A stretch of DNA of 64,000 nt from Acidobacteriota bacterium (GTDB taxonomy: Bacteria > Acidobacteriota > CAIWXX01), in contig JBFMAF010000035.1 in the NCBI GenBank assembly GCA_040755995.1, positions 224,001 through 288,000 of the forward strand. The letters are read 5' to 3'. Position numbers and translations under genes: made by a program. Of the stretch, positions 36,028 to 46,234 are shown one piece after another. Numbering within the stretch: position 1 is the stretch's first letter; each line of letters opens with the position of its first letter. Below the pieces are notes generated by a model. It was not told the DNA's origin, ran no database searches, and saw only the letters and a list, made by a program, of their open reading frames with translations.

Positions 36028-37266
36028 TCAGTTGATCTGCGTCTCGAACCTGCGGGTGACGCGCAGGTTGCGGCGCCCCAGCTCGGCGACGAACTCATCG
36101 CGCACGCCGCGGTCCAGGATCTCCGGCGCGACGACACCTTTGTCCTTGATCCTCCCCTTGACCACGAGCTCGGCGTAGATCGCGGCGGGCGTGCTCGTTC
36201 CGTACGACACGCAGGTCGCTCCGGGAATCCGCCCGTTGACCCACTTGATGTCGGGCGGGAAGACGTAGTACGTGATGCTCGCCGGCTTCCCGCCCTTTTC
36301 GCCGATGCAGTCTACGGCCACCACACCGTGATCGGTGATCTCGCCGGCCAGGGCGAGCCTGGCCAGCTCGTCGGCCGGAGGGTTGGGCGGCAAGGTGGCG
36401 ACGTACACATCAATCGGCCTGACCTTGGTGCCGTCTTTCAGCGTCACCGGGTGTTTGCTCACTAGGCCTGAGCTCACCAGGGCGAGCTCGGCGTCGATGC
36501 CTGCTTCAGGTCCCCCCATCTTGAAGTCGACGTAGCGCAGCCCCTTGTCGCCGAACTTCCGCGGAAGCAGGCGCGGCAGCGTGCTGACCTCCTCATGGTC
36601 GTGGCAGATCACTGTGCCCAGGCCGAACGGCTTTGGGAACATGTATTTCTCGCGACGGCCATAGATCTCGACGCGCTTGAACTCGCCGTCCTCGTAGAGC
36701 AGCGGCGGTTGCGCACAATCCGTGAGGTAGGTTTCCTGCGACCAGACCTGCAGCGGCACCGGCGACTCGAAGATGGAAAAGTCCTTGATGCGGATCTCGT
36801 AGCACCTGTCGAGGTCCTCGTAGCCGTTGGCTGCGAAGGTGTTCGTGACGCCCGGGTCCATCCCTGTGCTCAACAGCGCACTGAGCCCGGCCGCGCGGAA
36901 GTCCCCGTCGAGCTCCAGCTGCTCCAGAAAGACCTCGTCGATCGTCTTGGTTGCGGTCTGGCCTGAAGCCATGTCCTGGTAGTCCACCCCGGCCCTGAGG
37001 CAAGCCCTCATGATGGCCACGTTGAACTCGGGCGTGACGGCGTTCACAACGAGTTTGGCGCCGCCGGCGGCCCTGGCCACTGCGTCCTGATCGCCGGCGT
37101 CGATTCTCATCGCCCTGGCCTTGCCGTTGCCGGCCTGGCCGGCTACGAAGCGCGCCCGGGACTCGTTGGAGTCGGCGACGATGATTTGGGTGATCCCGGG
37201 GCAGCGTCCGAAGTTCCAGGTGAGCACCTGGCCCTGCATGCCGGCTCCTACGACGAGGACTCTCAT
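36028..37266 (-). CDS. Saccharopine-dehydrogenase-family protein (carboxy(nor)spermidine dehydrogenase-like)
   Basis: Rossmann VVGAGMQG; YQDMA; GMDPGVTN; HEEV; GVVAPE. Confidence 0.85.
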   Translation of the reverse strand: MRVLVVGAGMQGQVLTWNFGRCPGITQIIVADSNESRARFVAGQAGNGKARAMRIDAGDQDAVARAAGGAKLVVNAVTPEFNVAIMRACLRAGVDYQDMASGQTATKTIDEVFLEQLELDGDFRAAGLSALLSTGMDPGVTNTFAANGYEDLDRCYEIRIKDFSIFESPVPLQVWSQETYLTDCAQPPLLYEDGEFKRVEIYGRREKYMFPKPFGLGTVICHDHEEVSTLPRLLPRKFGDKGLRYVDFKMGGPEAGIDAELALVSSGLVSKHPVTLKDGTKVRPIDVYVATLPPNPPADELARLALAGEITDHGVVAVDCIGEKGGKPASITYYVFPPDIKWVNGRIPGATCVSYGTSTPAAIYAELVVKGRIKDKGVVAPEILDRGVRDEFVAELGRRNLRVTRRFETQIN

Positions 37267-37480
37267 GATGTCATCCTTCCTGCGGCTCTTGGCTCCGCTT
37301 GCGACGCATTCCGTGGGCTTATACCAGAAAGGCGTAATCGTTCACAAGGATCGCGCCGGGTTGGCCACCAATGACCACGCGCGCAGGCGGGTCGCAGGCG
37401 TGGCGGCGCGCGGCGTGCCCCCTCTCGCTGGCGCGCCGAGGTATCTTCTCCGGCGGCGTCGACTGGTGTAGCATGTCAGG

Positions 37481-37984
37481 GTGGTGAAGGGGAGCATCGG
37501 CATGGACGCGAGTAGATCGGTAAACCCGGTTCTCGAGAAATGGAACAGGCTGAGCAGGAGCGCCGTCGGGCGCTGGGTATTCAGCCGCGGCCTTGCGTTG
37601 TTCGTCCCCTACTCCGGGACAATCGGACCACAGGTGCAGCGCCTTGAGCCGGGCCGGGCCGTGATCCGCATGCGAGACCGGCGGCGCGTCCGCAATCACT
37701 TGCGCTCAATCCACGCCGCCGCGCTGCTCAATCTGACCGAGCTCACTGGCGGGCTGCTCGCGACCGTCTCCATGCCGGCCGACGCGCGGATGATCATCAC
37801 CGGTGTGTCGGTAGACTTCCTGAAAAAGGCCAGAGGGCTGCTCGAGGCGGAAGGCAGCTGCCCCGTGCCGCAGTCGAACGAGCGCGCCGAGATCGAAGTC
37901 CAGGTCGCGATCCGCGACACCTCGTCCGAAGTCGTCGCACGCGGCACTGTCAGAGCCCTCGTCGGACCGGTCCCGGCCAAGTAG
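37481..37984 (+). CDS. Hotdog-fold thioesterase-like protein (DUF4442/PaaI)
   Basis: PYSGTI, VRNHLRSIHAAAL and VDFLKKARG. Confidence 0.85.
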   Translation: MVKGSIGMDASRSVNPVLEKWNRLSRSAVGRWVFSRGLALFVPYSGTIGPQVQRLEPGRAVIRMRDRRRVRNHLRSIHAAALLNLTELTGGLLATVSMPADARMIITGVSVDFLKKARGLLEAEGSCPVPQSNERAEIEVQVAIRDTSSEVVARGTVRALVGPVPAK

Positions 37985-38028
37985 CGCAAGGAGCGCGCGT
38001 TCCTCAGCGCTCGCCATAGGCGGGCCTG

Positions 38029-38121
38029 TCAACGCGTCACACACGGCCATCCGCCGCCGGCCAGCTCGACTGCTTCCACCGGGGGCATTCCCGGGGCTCC
38101 GGTACTCTGCTTTGTTTGCAT
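38029..38121 (-). other. 30-codon ORF with a very strong RBS (small protein or truncated gene remnant)
   Basis: GAAAGGAGGA-agatc-ATG; MQTKQSTGAPGMPPVEAVELAGGGWPCVTR*. Confidence 0.4.
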
Positions 38122-38165
38122 GATCTTCCTCCTTTCTCTCTCGTATCAGGAATGCGAAGAAGCTT

Positions 38166-38206
38166 GATGGGCCGAGGCTTGCCAGCGTCGTCAGCATCGG
38201 CCCATC
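38166..38206 (-). terminator. Stem-loop downstream of the DUF6448-like gene
   Basis: 10-bp perfect stem GATGGGCCGA/TCGGCCCATC; only a weak U-tract. Confidence 0.4.
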
Positions 38207-38216
38207 GTTTCATCCA

Positions 38217-38849
38217 TTAGTGATGCTCGTGTGCCGGCGCGGGCTCTTCCGCGGCACCATGGTGTCCGGCCGGGCCGACGGCGTCGGCGTGGAGCCGCTC
38301 GACATAGTGCACAAACTGCACGTACGCCTCAACGTACTCTCTTCCGGCCTCCACGTTGTGATCGGCGTGCTTTCGTTTTTCGGAAGCCAGGGCGAACCGG
38401 GCATCGATTCCATCAGTCACGGCCTTCGACACAGCCTTGGCGAGGCTGTCAGCAGAACCGCTATCCAGCGCCCTGTCCGCCTCCGCCACCACCGGCTCCA
38501 CGGCTCCCGCAGGTTTCAGCCCCGTAAAGGGCGCTCCTTCGCCTGCCCTGTGGATTCTCACGAGCGTCTCGAAGAAATACATATCTGCGAGCTCACGCGC
38601 CTCGGGCCCTTTGGCTCTCACGGCCAGGGTTTTCTGGAACGCCTCGCGTATCTGCCCCTCGTCTTCCTTGCGCACCCACTTGAGCGTTGCCGTGACGTCG
38701 CCCTTCTCGAGCGCTGCCTTGGCATCCTTGACGACCGGCCCGTCCAGCGTGTCGCAGTGTGCCCACACTGAGAGCGGGGTGAAAAGCGCGATCCCGCCTG
38801 CCAGCAAGACAGGCAGCACCCATCCGAATCTGACCAGTTTCAGGTTCAT
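38217..38849 (-). CDS. DUF6448-like exported protein
   Basis: Signal peptide then AHCDTLDGPVV; FFETLVRIHRAGEGAPFTGLKPAG; His-rich tail. Confidence 0.82.
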   Translation of the reverse strand: MNLKLVRFGWVLPVLLAGGIALFTPLSVWAHCDTLDGPVVKDAKAALEKGDVTATLKWVRKEDEGQIREAFQKTLAVRAKGPEARELADMYFFETLVRIHRAGEGAPFTGLKPAGAVEPVVAEADRALDSGSADSLAKAVSKAVTDGIDARFALASEKRKHADHNVEAGREYVEAYVQFVHYVERLHADAVGPAGHHGAAEEPAPAHEHH

Positions 38850-38923
38850 GTTCTTCCTCCTCTATTGAACCCATCTGGAGTCCGCTTATCCTGGACTCCC
38901 CTTGAACAACGAAAGATCTCTCT

Positions 38924-40339
38924 CTACCGGTCGACGCCTGACTTCAGGTCTCCGGTTGCCTTTTGAAATGTCACCTTGGCGACACGACAGGTGTAGTGTG
39001 CTTCAACCATTATCGCATCGGCCTTCGCGAAGGCCGCCTCGCTGTCGAGCAGATCGGTCAGCGTTCCAGCCCCCACGGCGTATCGTTCACGGGAAAGACG
39101 TGCACTCTCCGCCGCGTCCTCACGCAGGCTCCTGGTTGCCTCGACTGCCTGATATGCCTCCTTGAGTCTTGAATACGCCGACGTAACCTGTTGCTGCACC
39201 GCCAGCACCAGCGCTCGCGTTTCATCCTCTGCCTTCCTGAGCTCCGCTCGCGCCGCTGCCGTCTGGTGCCTGGACAGGTACCCGTTGAAGACCGGCACCT
39301 CCACCGCTATGCCCACTGACCAGTCCTTGTCCTCAGGCACGAAATCCGCGTCGCGCCAGCCGAATCGGGCGGAGGCCTTCACCTTTGGCAAGAAGGAGCT
39401 GCGGGCCAAGTCGACTGCGCTCTGGTTGAGTGCAATCCGGTCAAGTGCGGCTTTCAGCTCGGGCCTGCTATGCAGCGCGATGTCGAATGCGCTCGTGAGG
39501 TCTTTCATCCCGGGCGGGTCGATCTCCGCGTCAGGTGCTGCCAGATCCAGAGCCGTATCAGCCGGGAGGCCGATTGCGGCGTCGAGGTCCGCCTGGGCCA
39601 CTCGCACCGCACCCTCCGCTCGCACGACGGCCAGCTTCGCATCGGCGACCTCGGTACGGGCTCGCACAACATCGACCAGCGGCACTGCTCCAGCAGCCTT
39701 CTTCTCCTCCGCCAGCCGCAAGTGATCCTCGGCGCGGCCGAGACTGCTCTTTGCGACTGACAGACTGTCCTGAGCGGCCAGCAGCGCATAGTACGCGCGG
39801 TGAACGCGGTAGATGACGTCCTGTCTGGTCAGTGCAACGTCTTCCCCCGCCACGGCCTGCTTCGCCCGCGCTCCTCGCTCTTCCGCCCGCCGCTGGCCGC
39901 TGTCGAAAACAGTATACCTGAGGTTCAACCCCAGGCCCCAATCGTCGGTCGGCCCGATGATGTCCGTAGGCAACGAAGTAGAGAGCCCGGCCGGCAGAAA
40001 CGCATGACTTTCCCACCGGCGGTATTGGGCATCGAGACTCACCGTTGGATATCGTGCCGCGCGTGCTGCGCCCACGGCCTCAGTGGCGGAGATCAACCCT
40101 TCGCGTGCCGCGCGCTGAACCGGATTCTGGTCCAGCGCAATCCTGACTGCTGCCTCCAGACTAAGCGGTTGTGACGTGGACTCTGGAGAAGCCACGTGAC
40201 TGATCTCCGCTGCTCGGGGCAAGTAGGCTTCAATGGCCGGGCGATCGAGCTGGGCCGCCGGCAGCAAGCCGGACGCGGACAGCAGCACCACCATGCCGCT
40301 GATTACAAATCCTATCGTGAACCTCATTAGATCGCTCAT
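38924..40339 (-). CDS. TolC-family outer-membrane efflux protein
   Basis: LSLEAAVRIAL, two OEP repeats, and RYAVGAGTLTDLLD. Confidence 0.92.
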   Translation of the reverse strand: MSDLMRFTIGFVISGMVVLLSASGLLPAAQLDRPAIEAYLPRAAEISHVASPESTSQPLSLEAAVRIALDQNPVQRAAREGLISATEAVGAARAARYPTVSLDAQYRRWESHAFLPAGLSTSLPTDIIGPTDDWGLGLNLRYTVFDSGQRRAEERGARAKQAVAGEDVALTRQDVIYRVHRAYYALLAAQDSLSVAKSSLGRAEDHLRLAEEKKAAGAVPLVDVVRARTEVADAKLAVVRAEGAVRVAQADLDAAIGLPADTALDLAAPDAEIDPPGMKDLTSAFDIALHSRPELKAALDRIALNQSAVDLARSSFLPKVKASARFGWRDADFVPEDKDWSVGIAVEVPVFNGYLSRHQTAAARAELRKAEDETRALVLAVQQQVTSAYSRLKEAYQAVEATRSLREDAAESARLSRERYAVGAGTLTDLLDSEAAFAKADAIMVEAHYTCRVAKVTFQKATGDLKSGVDR

Positions 40340-40351
40340 GGTTGCTACTCC

Positions 40352-41482
40352 TTACGCGAGGGTCTTCTTGAAGCGAGTGATGGCGAGTACAAGCATCACG
40401 CTCCCGAGGATCGCTAGTGCCGCCATCTGGGTCCACAGAACCGAGGGGCCCACGCCCTTCAAGAAGATGCCCCGGATGATGACGAGGAAATACCGCAGCG
40501 GGTTGATCAGCGTCAGCCACTGCACAACCTGCGGCATGTTCGAGATGGGGAACATGAAACCGGAAAGCAGCACGGCTGGAAAGTAATAGAAGAAGGTGCT
40601 CATCATGGCCTGCTGCTGCGTCCTGCTCACGGTCGAGATCAGGAGACCCGCCCCCAGGGTGCTCATGAGGTACAGGCCGGTGGCAGCGAGCAGCAGCCAC
40701 AGGCTGCCTCGCAACGGGACTTGGAACCAGTAGAGCGCGATGACGGTGATGAGAACGACGTCCAGAAACCCGATGATGGCAAATGGCAAGGTCTTGCCCA
40801 GGATGAACTCGGTTTTGGTGATCGGCGTGACGATGATCTGCTCGATCGTTCCGACTTCCTTCTCACGGACCACGGCCATGCTTGAGAGCAGCAGCGTCAC
40901 CAGCATGACGAGCAGGGCGATGACGCCGGGCACATAGAAGTACCGGCTCTCGAGGTTTTCGTTGAACCATGCGCGAGTCGCGAGATCGATCCGGCCGGAT
41001 GCCGGCACGGCGCCTGTGGAACGCTGGAGGCGCTCCAGCAACACCTGCTCGCTGTACTGCCCGACGATCGTTGTGGCGTACTTGAGGACGATTCCTGCGG
41101 TATTGGAATCCGAGCCGTCCAGGATGATTTGCATTGGTGCGGTCCGCCCCTTCGCCAGGGTCTCACCGAAGCCCCGGTTGACGCGCATGACGGCCTTCAC
41201 CTTCCCGCGATCGATCAATTCCTGCGCGCGGCCGTCGCTATCGACGTACTCGGCGATCATGAAGTATCCGCTGCCGCCAAAACGCCGTGCGATCTCGCGG
41301 CTCGCAGGGCTGTTGTCCAGGTCGTAGACGGCGGTCGGAATCCTCGTGACGTCGGTGGTCACGGCATATCCGAATACGAGAGCCTGGATGATCGGCATCA
41401 TGATGATCACCGCCTTCATCCGTGGATCGCGCAAGACATGGATGAATTCCTTGATGAGCATGTGCTTGAATCGCTCGAACAT
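40352..41482 (-). CDS. ABC-2 permease (YbhR-like)
   Basis: KEFIHVLRDPR, REKEVGTIEQ and LLSGFMFPI. Confidence 0.92.
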   Translation of the reverse strand: MFERFKHMLIKEFIHVLRDPRMKAVIIMMPIIQALVFGYAVTTDVTRIPTAVYDLDNSPASREIARRFGGSGYFMIAEYVDSDGRAQELIDRGKVKAVMRVNRGFGETLAKGRTAPMQIILDGSDSNTAGIVLKYATTIVGQYSEQVLLERLQRSTGAVPASGRIDLATRAWFNENLESRYFYVPGVIALLVMLVTLLLSSMAVVREKEVGTIEQIIVTPITKTEFILGKTLPFAIIGFLDVVLITVIALYWFQVPLRGSLWLLLAATGLYLMSTLGAGLLISTVSRTQQQAMMSTFFYYFPAVLLSGFMFPISNMPQVVQWLTLINPLRYFLVIIRGIFLKGVGPSVLWTQMAALAILGSVMLVLAITRFKKTLA

Positions 41483-41500
41483 AGCTGGCGCCCATTCCTT

Positions 41501-42637
41501 TCAGGCCTCGAGTTTCTTCCTGAACTTGAGGTTGGCGAGGAGGACCACGGCGGTTCCGAAGACTGCCAGCAGCGCCGCCTCCATGCCGAGCACAGCGGGT
41601 CCGACTCCCTTGAGATAGATCCCCTTGAGAATCCCAACGAAGTAGCGGGCGGGGACCACGTACGTGATGACTTGCACGGCACGAGGCATGTTCCCGATGT
41701 CGTACATGAAACCCGACAGGAGGAACGATGGGAGGAAGGTCAGGACCATGGCAAGCTGTGTCGCCACGAGCTGGCTCTTGGTGACGATGCTGATCAACAT
41801 GCCGAGCGAAAGCGCGCCGACCAGGAACACGGCTGCGGTGACGAAGAGAATTGCGACGTTGCCACGCAGAGGCACACGGAACAGGTACTCGCCCAGAAGA
41901 ACCGACAGGAGCACGTCGATCATCCCGATCGCGAAGTAAGGCATGAGCTTGCCGGCGATGAGCTCCGGCCCTCTGACCGGGGTCGAGATGAGCTGCTCCA
42001 TTGTGCCTGACTCCCACTCGCGCGCCACCGTCAGCGACGTCATCAACGCCGCGATGACCATCATGATGACAGCGATGAGCCCGGGCACGATGTAGTTGCG
42101 GCTCTCCATGTCGGGGTTGAACCAGACTCGTGGGCGCAGGTCGACGGGCAACTGCTGTGTGCTTCCGGCCGTGCGGCTCGCTTTCTGGAGCGCAATCTGG
42201 AGCGAGTACGTGCGCGTGATGGCCTCGGCATACCCGATGGCTATCTGTGCGGTGTTGGCGTCGCTTCCGTCGACGATCGCCTGCACCGTCGCGGGCCGCC
42301 CTGCCTCTATGCGGCCGGCGAGATCCACGGGTAAGACGATAGCCATCAACGCGGTCCCGTCATCGATAGATCGCTCGATCTCTCCGTACGAGCCCAGACT
42401 GCGCTTCAACGAGAAGTAGGGTGAGGCCGCGAACCGGCGGATGAGCTCGCGGCTCAGCGGCGTGTTGCTCTGATCCCACACGACAAGCGGGACGTTGTCC
42501 ACGTCGAGAGTCAGCGCATAGCCGAAGAGGAGCAGGAGCAGCAGCGGAATGGCGATGCCCATGCCGAGGCTGCGTGGATCGCGGATGATATGTATGCTCT
42601 CTTTGCGCGCGATTGCCCAGAGCCGTCTGAAGCTCAT
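41501..42637 (-). CDS. ABC-2 permease (YbhS-like)
   Basis: MSFRRLWAIARKE, REWESGTMEQL and LLSGFMYDI; the start overlaps the upstream stop. Confidence 0.92.
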   Translation of the reverse strand: MSFRRLWAIARKESIHIIRDPRSLGMGIAIPLLLLLLFGYALTLDVDNVPLVVWDQSNTPLSRELIRRFAASPYFSLKRSLGSYGEIERSIDDGTALMAIVLPVDLAGRIEAGRPATVQAIVDGSDANTAQIAIGYAEAITRTYSLQIALQKASRTAGSTQQLPVDLRPRVWFNPDMESRNYIVPGLIAVIMMVIAALMTSLTVAREWESGTMEQLISTPVRGPELIAGKLMPYFAIGMIDVLLSVLLGEYLFRVPLRGNVAILFVTAAVFLVGALSLGMLISIVTKSQLVATQLAMVLTFLPSFLLSGFMYDIGNMPRAVQVITYVVPARYFVGILKGIYLKGVGPAVLGMEAALLAVFGTAVVLLANLKFRKKLEA

Positions 42638-43605
42638 TTTTTCACCTCCGCAAGGGGACGCTTTTCTCGATCCCGCCCTTCGATCAACGAGACGAAAACG
42701 TCCTCGAGCGACGGAACAACTTTGGTCATCCTCGACACCGCAAGACCGTGCTCGGCCAGCGCAAGTGGTATCGCCCGCCGGACCTGGTCGGCGTTCTCTG
42801 TCACCACATGGAGGCCGTGTCCGAAGAGCGCTGCCTCGCGCACTCCCTCCAGCTTCTCCACGTATGCCATGGCCTCTTGCGGGCGTTCGCAACGGATTTC
42901 GATGACATCTTCCTTCATGTGGGCGATCTTGAGATCTCTCGGCGTTCCCAATGCGATCAGCTCCCCGCGGTAGATCAGACCCAGACGGTCGCAGTATTCG
43001 GCCTCTTCCATGTAGTGAGTCGTGACGAAGATCGTAGTCCCGCGCTTCGCGAGGGCGTATATCAGATCCCAGAAGGCCCGGCGGCTGATCGGGTCGACAC
43101 CGGACGTGGGCTCGTCCAGGAAGATGACCGGAGGCTCGTGCAGGATAGCACAGCCCAGAGACAGCCGCTGCTTCCAGCCGCCCGAAAGGATCCCGGTCCG
43201 CGTCTTGCGGTGCTCCTTGAGCCCCGCCATCTCGAGCACCCACTCCTTCCGCTCCACTTTCTTCGCGCGTGGGATTCGGTAGATCCCGCTGTAGAAATCG
43301 ATGTTCTCCTCGACAGTGAGATCTTCATAGAGGGAGAACTTCTGGCTCATGTACCCGATGCTGGATTTGATTTTCTCGGGCTCGGTCAGGAGGTCGAAGC
43401 CTGCGACCGTCCCTTTGCCAGAAGTAGGAAGCAATATGCCGCTGAGCATGCGGATCGTCGTGGATTTGCCGGCTCCGTTAGGCCCGAGGAATCCGAAGAT
43501 CTCCCCCTTCTTGACATCCAGGCTGACGCGGTTGACGGCGACGAAACTGCCGAACCGCTTCTCGATGTTTTCCACCGTCACCGCCGATTCACGGCCGTTG
43601 TTCAT
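42634..43605 (-). CDS. ABC transporter ATP-binding protein (YbhF C-half-like)
   Basis: GPNGAGKS, LSGGWKQR and FLDEPTSGVDP. Confidence 0.93.
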   Translation of the reverse strand: MNNGRESAVTVENIEKRFGSFVAVNRVSLDVKKGEIFGFLGPNGAGKSTTIRMLSGILLPTSGKGTVAGFDLLTEPEKIKSSIGYMSQKFSLYEDLTVEENIDFYSGIYRIPRAKKVERKEWVLEMAGLKEHRKTRTGILSGGWKQRLSLGCAILHEPPVIFLDEPTSGVDPISRRAFWDLIYALAKRGTTIFVTTHYMEEAEYCDRLGLIYRGELIALGTPRDLKIAHMKEDVIEIRCERPQEAMAYVEKLEGVREAALFGHGLHVVTENADQVRRAIPLALAEHGLAVSRMTKVVPSLEDVFVSLIEGRDREKRPLAEVKK

Positions 43606-44530
43606 GTTGAGACTCCGTACTGCTCAGCACCGAGACGAACACGTCTTCCAGCGAGGGCTCGACAACCTGGGCATCCTCCACATCAAGCCCCGATTCGCCC
43701 AGACGCGCCTTGACGGCCTGGATGGTGTCGTGGGGAGAGATACTGAGCACATGGATCCGATCCCCGAAGAGACTTACAGACTGCGAAGGTAGCAGATCGC
43801 GGAGCACTTCGACGGCCTCGCGTGCGTTTGACGAACGGACTTCGATCAGACTGCCGCGCATCATCCGCTTGACGCGATCGGGAGTGTCAACGGCGAGCAG
43901 TCTGCCTTTGTGCATGAGCCCTACGCGGGCGCAACGTTCGGCCTCGTCCAGGTAGGCCGTCGACACGAAGATCGTCACGCCCTCCTGCAGAAGCTGATAC
44001 AGGATCCTCCAGAAGTCGCGGCGAGAGACCGGATCGACCCCGTTTGTCGGCTCATCCAGCAAGAGCACCTTCGGCGTGTGGATCAGGGCGCAGGCAAGAC
44101 CGAGCTTCTGCTTCATGCCGCCGGAGAGATTGCCGGCCAGACGGCGCTTGAATGGAGCGAGGTTGCTGAAAGAAAGAAGCCGTTCGATCTTATCCTCACG
44201 TCCTGCACGCGCAACGCCGTAGATGTCCGCGTAGAAGTTGACGTTCTCAATCACCGTCAGGTCGGGATACAGGCCGAACCGCTGGCTCATGTAGCCAATC
44301 TCCGTCTTGATGGTCTCGGCGTCCTTCACTATGTGCTTGCCCATCACAAACGCCTCGCCCTCGGTCGGATCCAGGATGGCCGCGAGCATGCGCATGGTCG
44401 TGCTCTTTCCGGCTCCGTCCGGCCCAACCAGCCCGAAGATCTCGCCCTGGCCTATCTCGAGCGAGAGCCTATCTACCGCGCGCAGTTCGCCGAACCGCTT
44501 GCCGAGGCCGTTGGTCTTGATGGCAGCCAT
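43589..44530 (-). CDS. ABC transporter ATP-binding protein (YbhF N-half-like)
   Basis: GPDGAGKS, LSGGMKQK and LLDEPTNGVDP. Confidence 0.93.
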   Translation of the reverse strand: MAAIKTNGLGKRFGELRAVDRLSLEIGQGEIFGLVGPDGAGKSTTMRMLAAILDPTEGEAFVMGKHIVKDAETIKTEIGYMSQRFGLYPDLTVIENVNFYADIYGVARAGREDKIERLLSFSNLAPFKRRLAGNLSGGMKQKLGLACALIHTPKVLLLDEPTNGVDPVSRRDFWRILYQLLQEGVTIFVSTAYLDEAERCARVGLMHKGRLLAVDTPDRVKRMMRGSLIEVRSSNAREAVEVLRDLLPSQSVSLFGDRIHVLSISPHDTIQAVKARLGESGLDVEDAQVVEPSLEDVFVSVLSSTESQHEQRP

Positions 44531-44537
44531 GGCGTCT

Positions 44538-45524
44538 TCAGTTCGCCGTCTGGATCTCAGCATCGGCGGGCATTCCAGGCTTCAGCTCCTGGTCCGGATT
44601 CGGAATGTCGATCTTGATTCGATAGACGAGTTTCACGCGCTCTTTCTCGGTCTGCACATTCTTCGGAGTGAACTCAGCCTGCGAGGCAATGAAGGTGATT
44701 CGCCCTTGGTAGCGCTTCTCCGGGTAGCTATCGGTACTGACTTCCACGCGTTGCCCGAGCTTGACCCGTCCAAGATCGGTCTCGTTGATGTATGCGCTGA
44801 GCCAGACGCCGGCCACGTCTCCGACGGTGACCACAGGGGTGCCGGGTGCGACGTATTCTCCAGGTTCAACGTTGTCGGACAGGACGACCCCGGTGATCGG
44901 CGACGCGAGCTCTGCGTAGCCGAGGCGTGTCTCGGCGATGGCGAGTGACTCGCGGGCCAGTTGGAGGCCCGCACGCGCCTGCTCGATCCGCTCCGCACGA
45001 GGGCCGTTCCGTAATAGCTTGAGCCTCTCGTCGACCTCACGCACGCGGGCGTTGGCAGCCTCGTATGCTGCGCTGCTGGCCTCCAGCTCGCGGCTCGATA
45101 TGATTTCCTTTTCGAACAAGGCCCGCTGGCGAGGAAGCTCAACTCTCCACCGCTCCGCTTCGGCCCGCGCACGATCGACGGCGGCCGTCGCCTCGGCGAT
45201 CTCCTCTGGACGGAAGCCCGCCTCGAGCTCCGCCAGTGCTGCCTGAGCGGCCATGATGGCGGCGCGCCGCGCAGCGACCTCCTTCATCAGCTCGGATGCG
45301 TCGAGCCTGGCCACGGTCTGGCCTAGTCTGACCGGCTCCCCCTCGGAAACCGCACGTTCGATGACTCTGCCTGGCAGCTGGAAGCTCAAGTCCAGCTCGG
45401 TCACTTCGATGTTTCCCGATAGCTTCAGTGTGTTCACGGTCTCGCCTGCGTCGCCCGAGACAAAATAGAAGCCGCCAACGGCTCCAACCGCGACAACAGC
45501 GATGGCAATCACAAGTTTCTTCAT
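44538..45524 (-). CDS. HlyD-family periplasmic adaptor (YbhG-like)
   Basis: N-terminal TM, lipoyl halves, AEFTPKNVQT and LKPGMPAD. Confidence 0.92.
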   Translation of the reverse strand: MKKLVIAIAVVAVGAVGGFYFVSGDAGETVNTLKLSGNIEVTELDLSFQLPGRVIERAVSEGEPVRLGQTVARLDASELMKEVAARRAAIMAAQAALAELEAGFRPEEIAEATAAVDRARAEAERWRVELPRQRALFEKEIISSRELEASSAAYEAANARVREVDERLKLLRNGPRAERIEQARAGLQLARESLAIAETRLGYAELASPITGVVLSDNVEPGEYVAPGTPVVTVGDVAGVWLSAYINETDLGRVKLGQRVEVSTDSYPEKRYQGRITFIASQAEFTPKNVQTEKERVKLVYRIKIDIPNPDQELKPGMPADAEIQTAN

Positions 45525-45546
45525 GCTCCTACCTCCTGGGCGCGAC

Positions 45547-46209
45547 TCAGACCGGTGAGACCGGTCCTGGTCCGTCCGCCGCCTTGCACATGAGGCCGTT
45601 CAGAACCAAATCGGCCAGTTGTGTACCGATGTCCGAAGGTGACTCGGCGGTAGCTTCTGGCAGCGATTCGATCTTCGCCAGCCGCGGCCTGATCGGAGCG
45701 CTCGCCAACAGGAACAGGATGCTCCCGGCGATCATGAAGTGCGTCAACAGCGGATTGACATCGCGGAATATCCCCTGTTCCTGGCCCTCCACAAGCACCG
45801 TTCGAATGGTCGAGAAAACGCCTGCCATGCCTCTGAGAGCGCTCTCGGGCAGGTTCGCGCCGCCCGACGCGATTTCTCGCAGCATGATCTGCGGCAGGTG
45901 CCGGGATTGCCCGACTGCCTGGGCAACTGCCAATACCACCGCCCGGAATTTGTCCTCAGGCGTGTTGGCTGCCTGCAGGTTAGCAGATATGCCTTCGTTC
46001 GCCCGCTTCAGCGTGTCGAGTACCACTTCGCCGTAGAGCTCCGCCTTGTCACCGATGTGATAGTAGAGCATCGCCTTGTTGACGCCGGCCCGCTCGGCGA
46101 TCTGATCTACTCGCGCTCCATCATAGCCTTCGGATGCGAATATCTCCGCCGCGGCTTTCAGAATCCGTTCGGTGGTCCCGCCCGTTTGCTTCCTCTCGGC
46201 ATCTTCCAT
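45547..46209 (-). CDS. TetR/AcrR-family regulator
   Basis: ILKAAAEIFASEGYDGARVDQIAERAGVNKAMLYYH HTH. Confidence 0.93.
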   Translation of the reverse strand: MEDAERKQTGGTTERILKAAAEIFASEGYDGARVDQIAERAGVNKAMLYYHIGDKAELYGEVVLDTLKRANEGISANLQAANTPEDKFRAVVLAVAQAVGQSRHLPQIMLREIASGGANLPESALRGMAGVFSTIRTVLVEGQEQGIFRDVNPLLTHFMIAGSILFLLASAPIRPRLAKIESLPEATAESPSDIGTQLADLVLNGLMCKAADGPGPVSPV

Positions 46210-46234
46210 CTCGCCTCCTCAACTAGCCGTTTGG

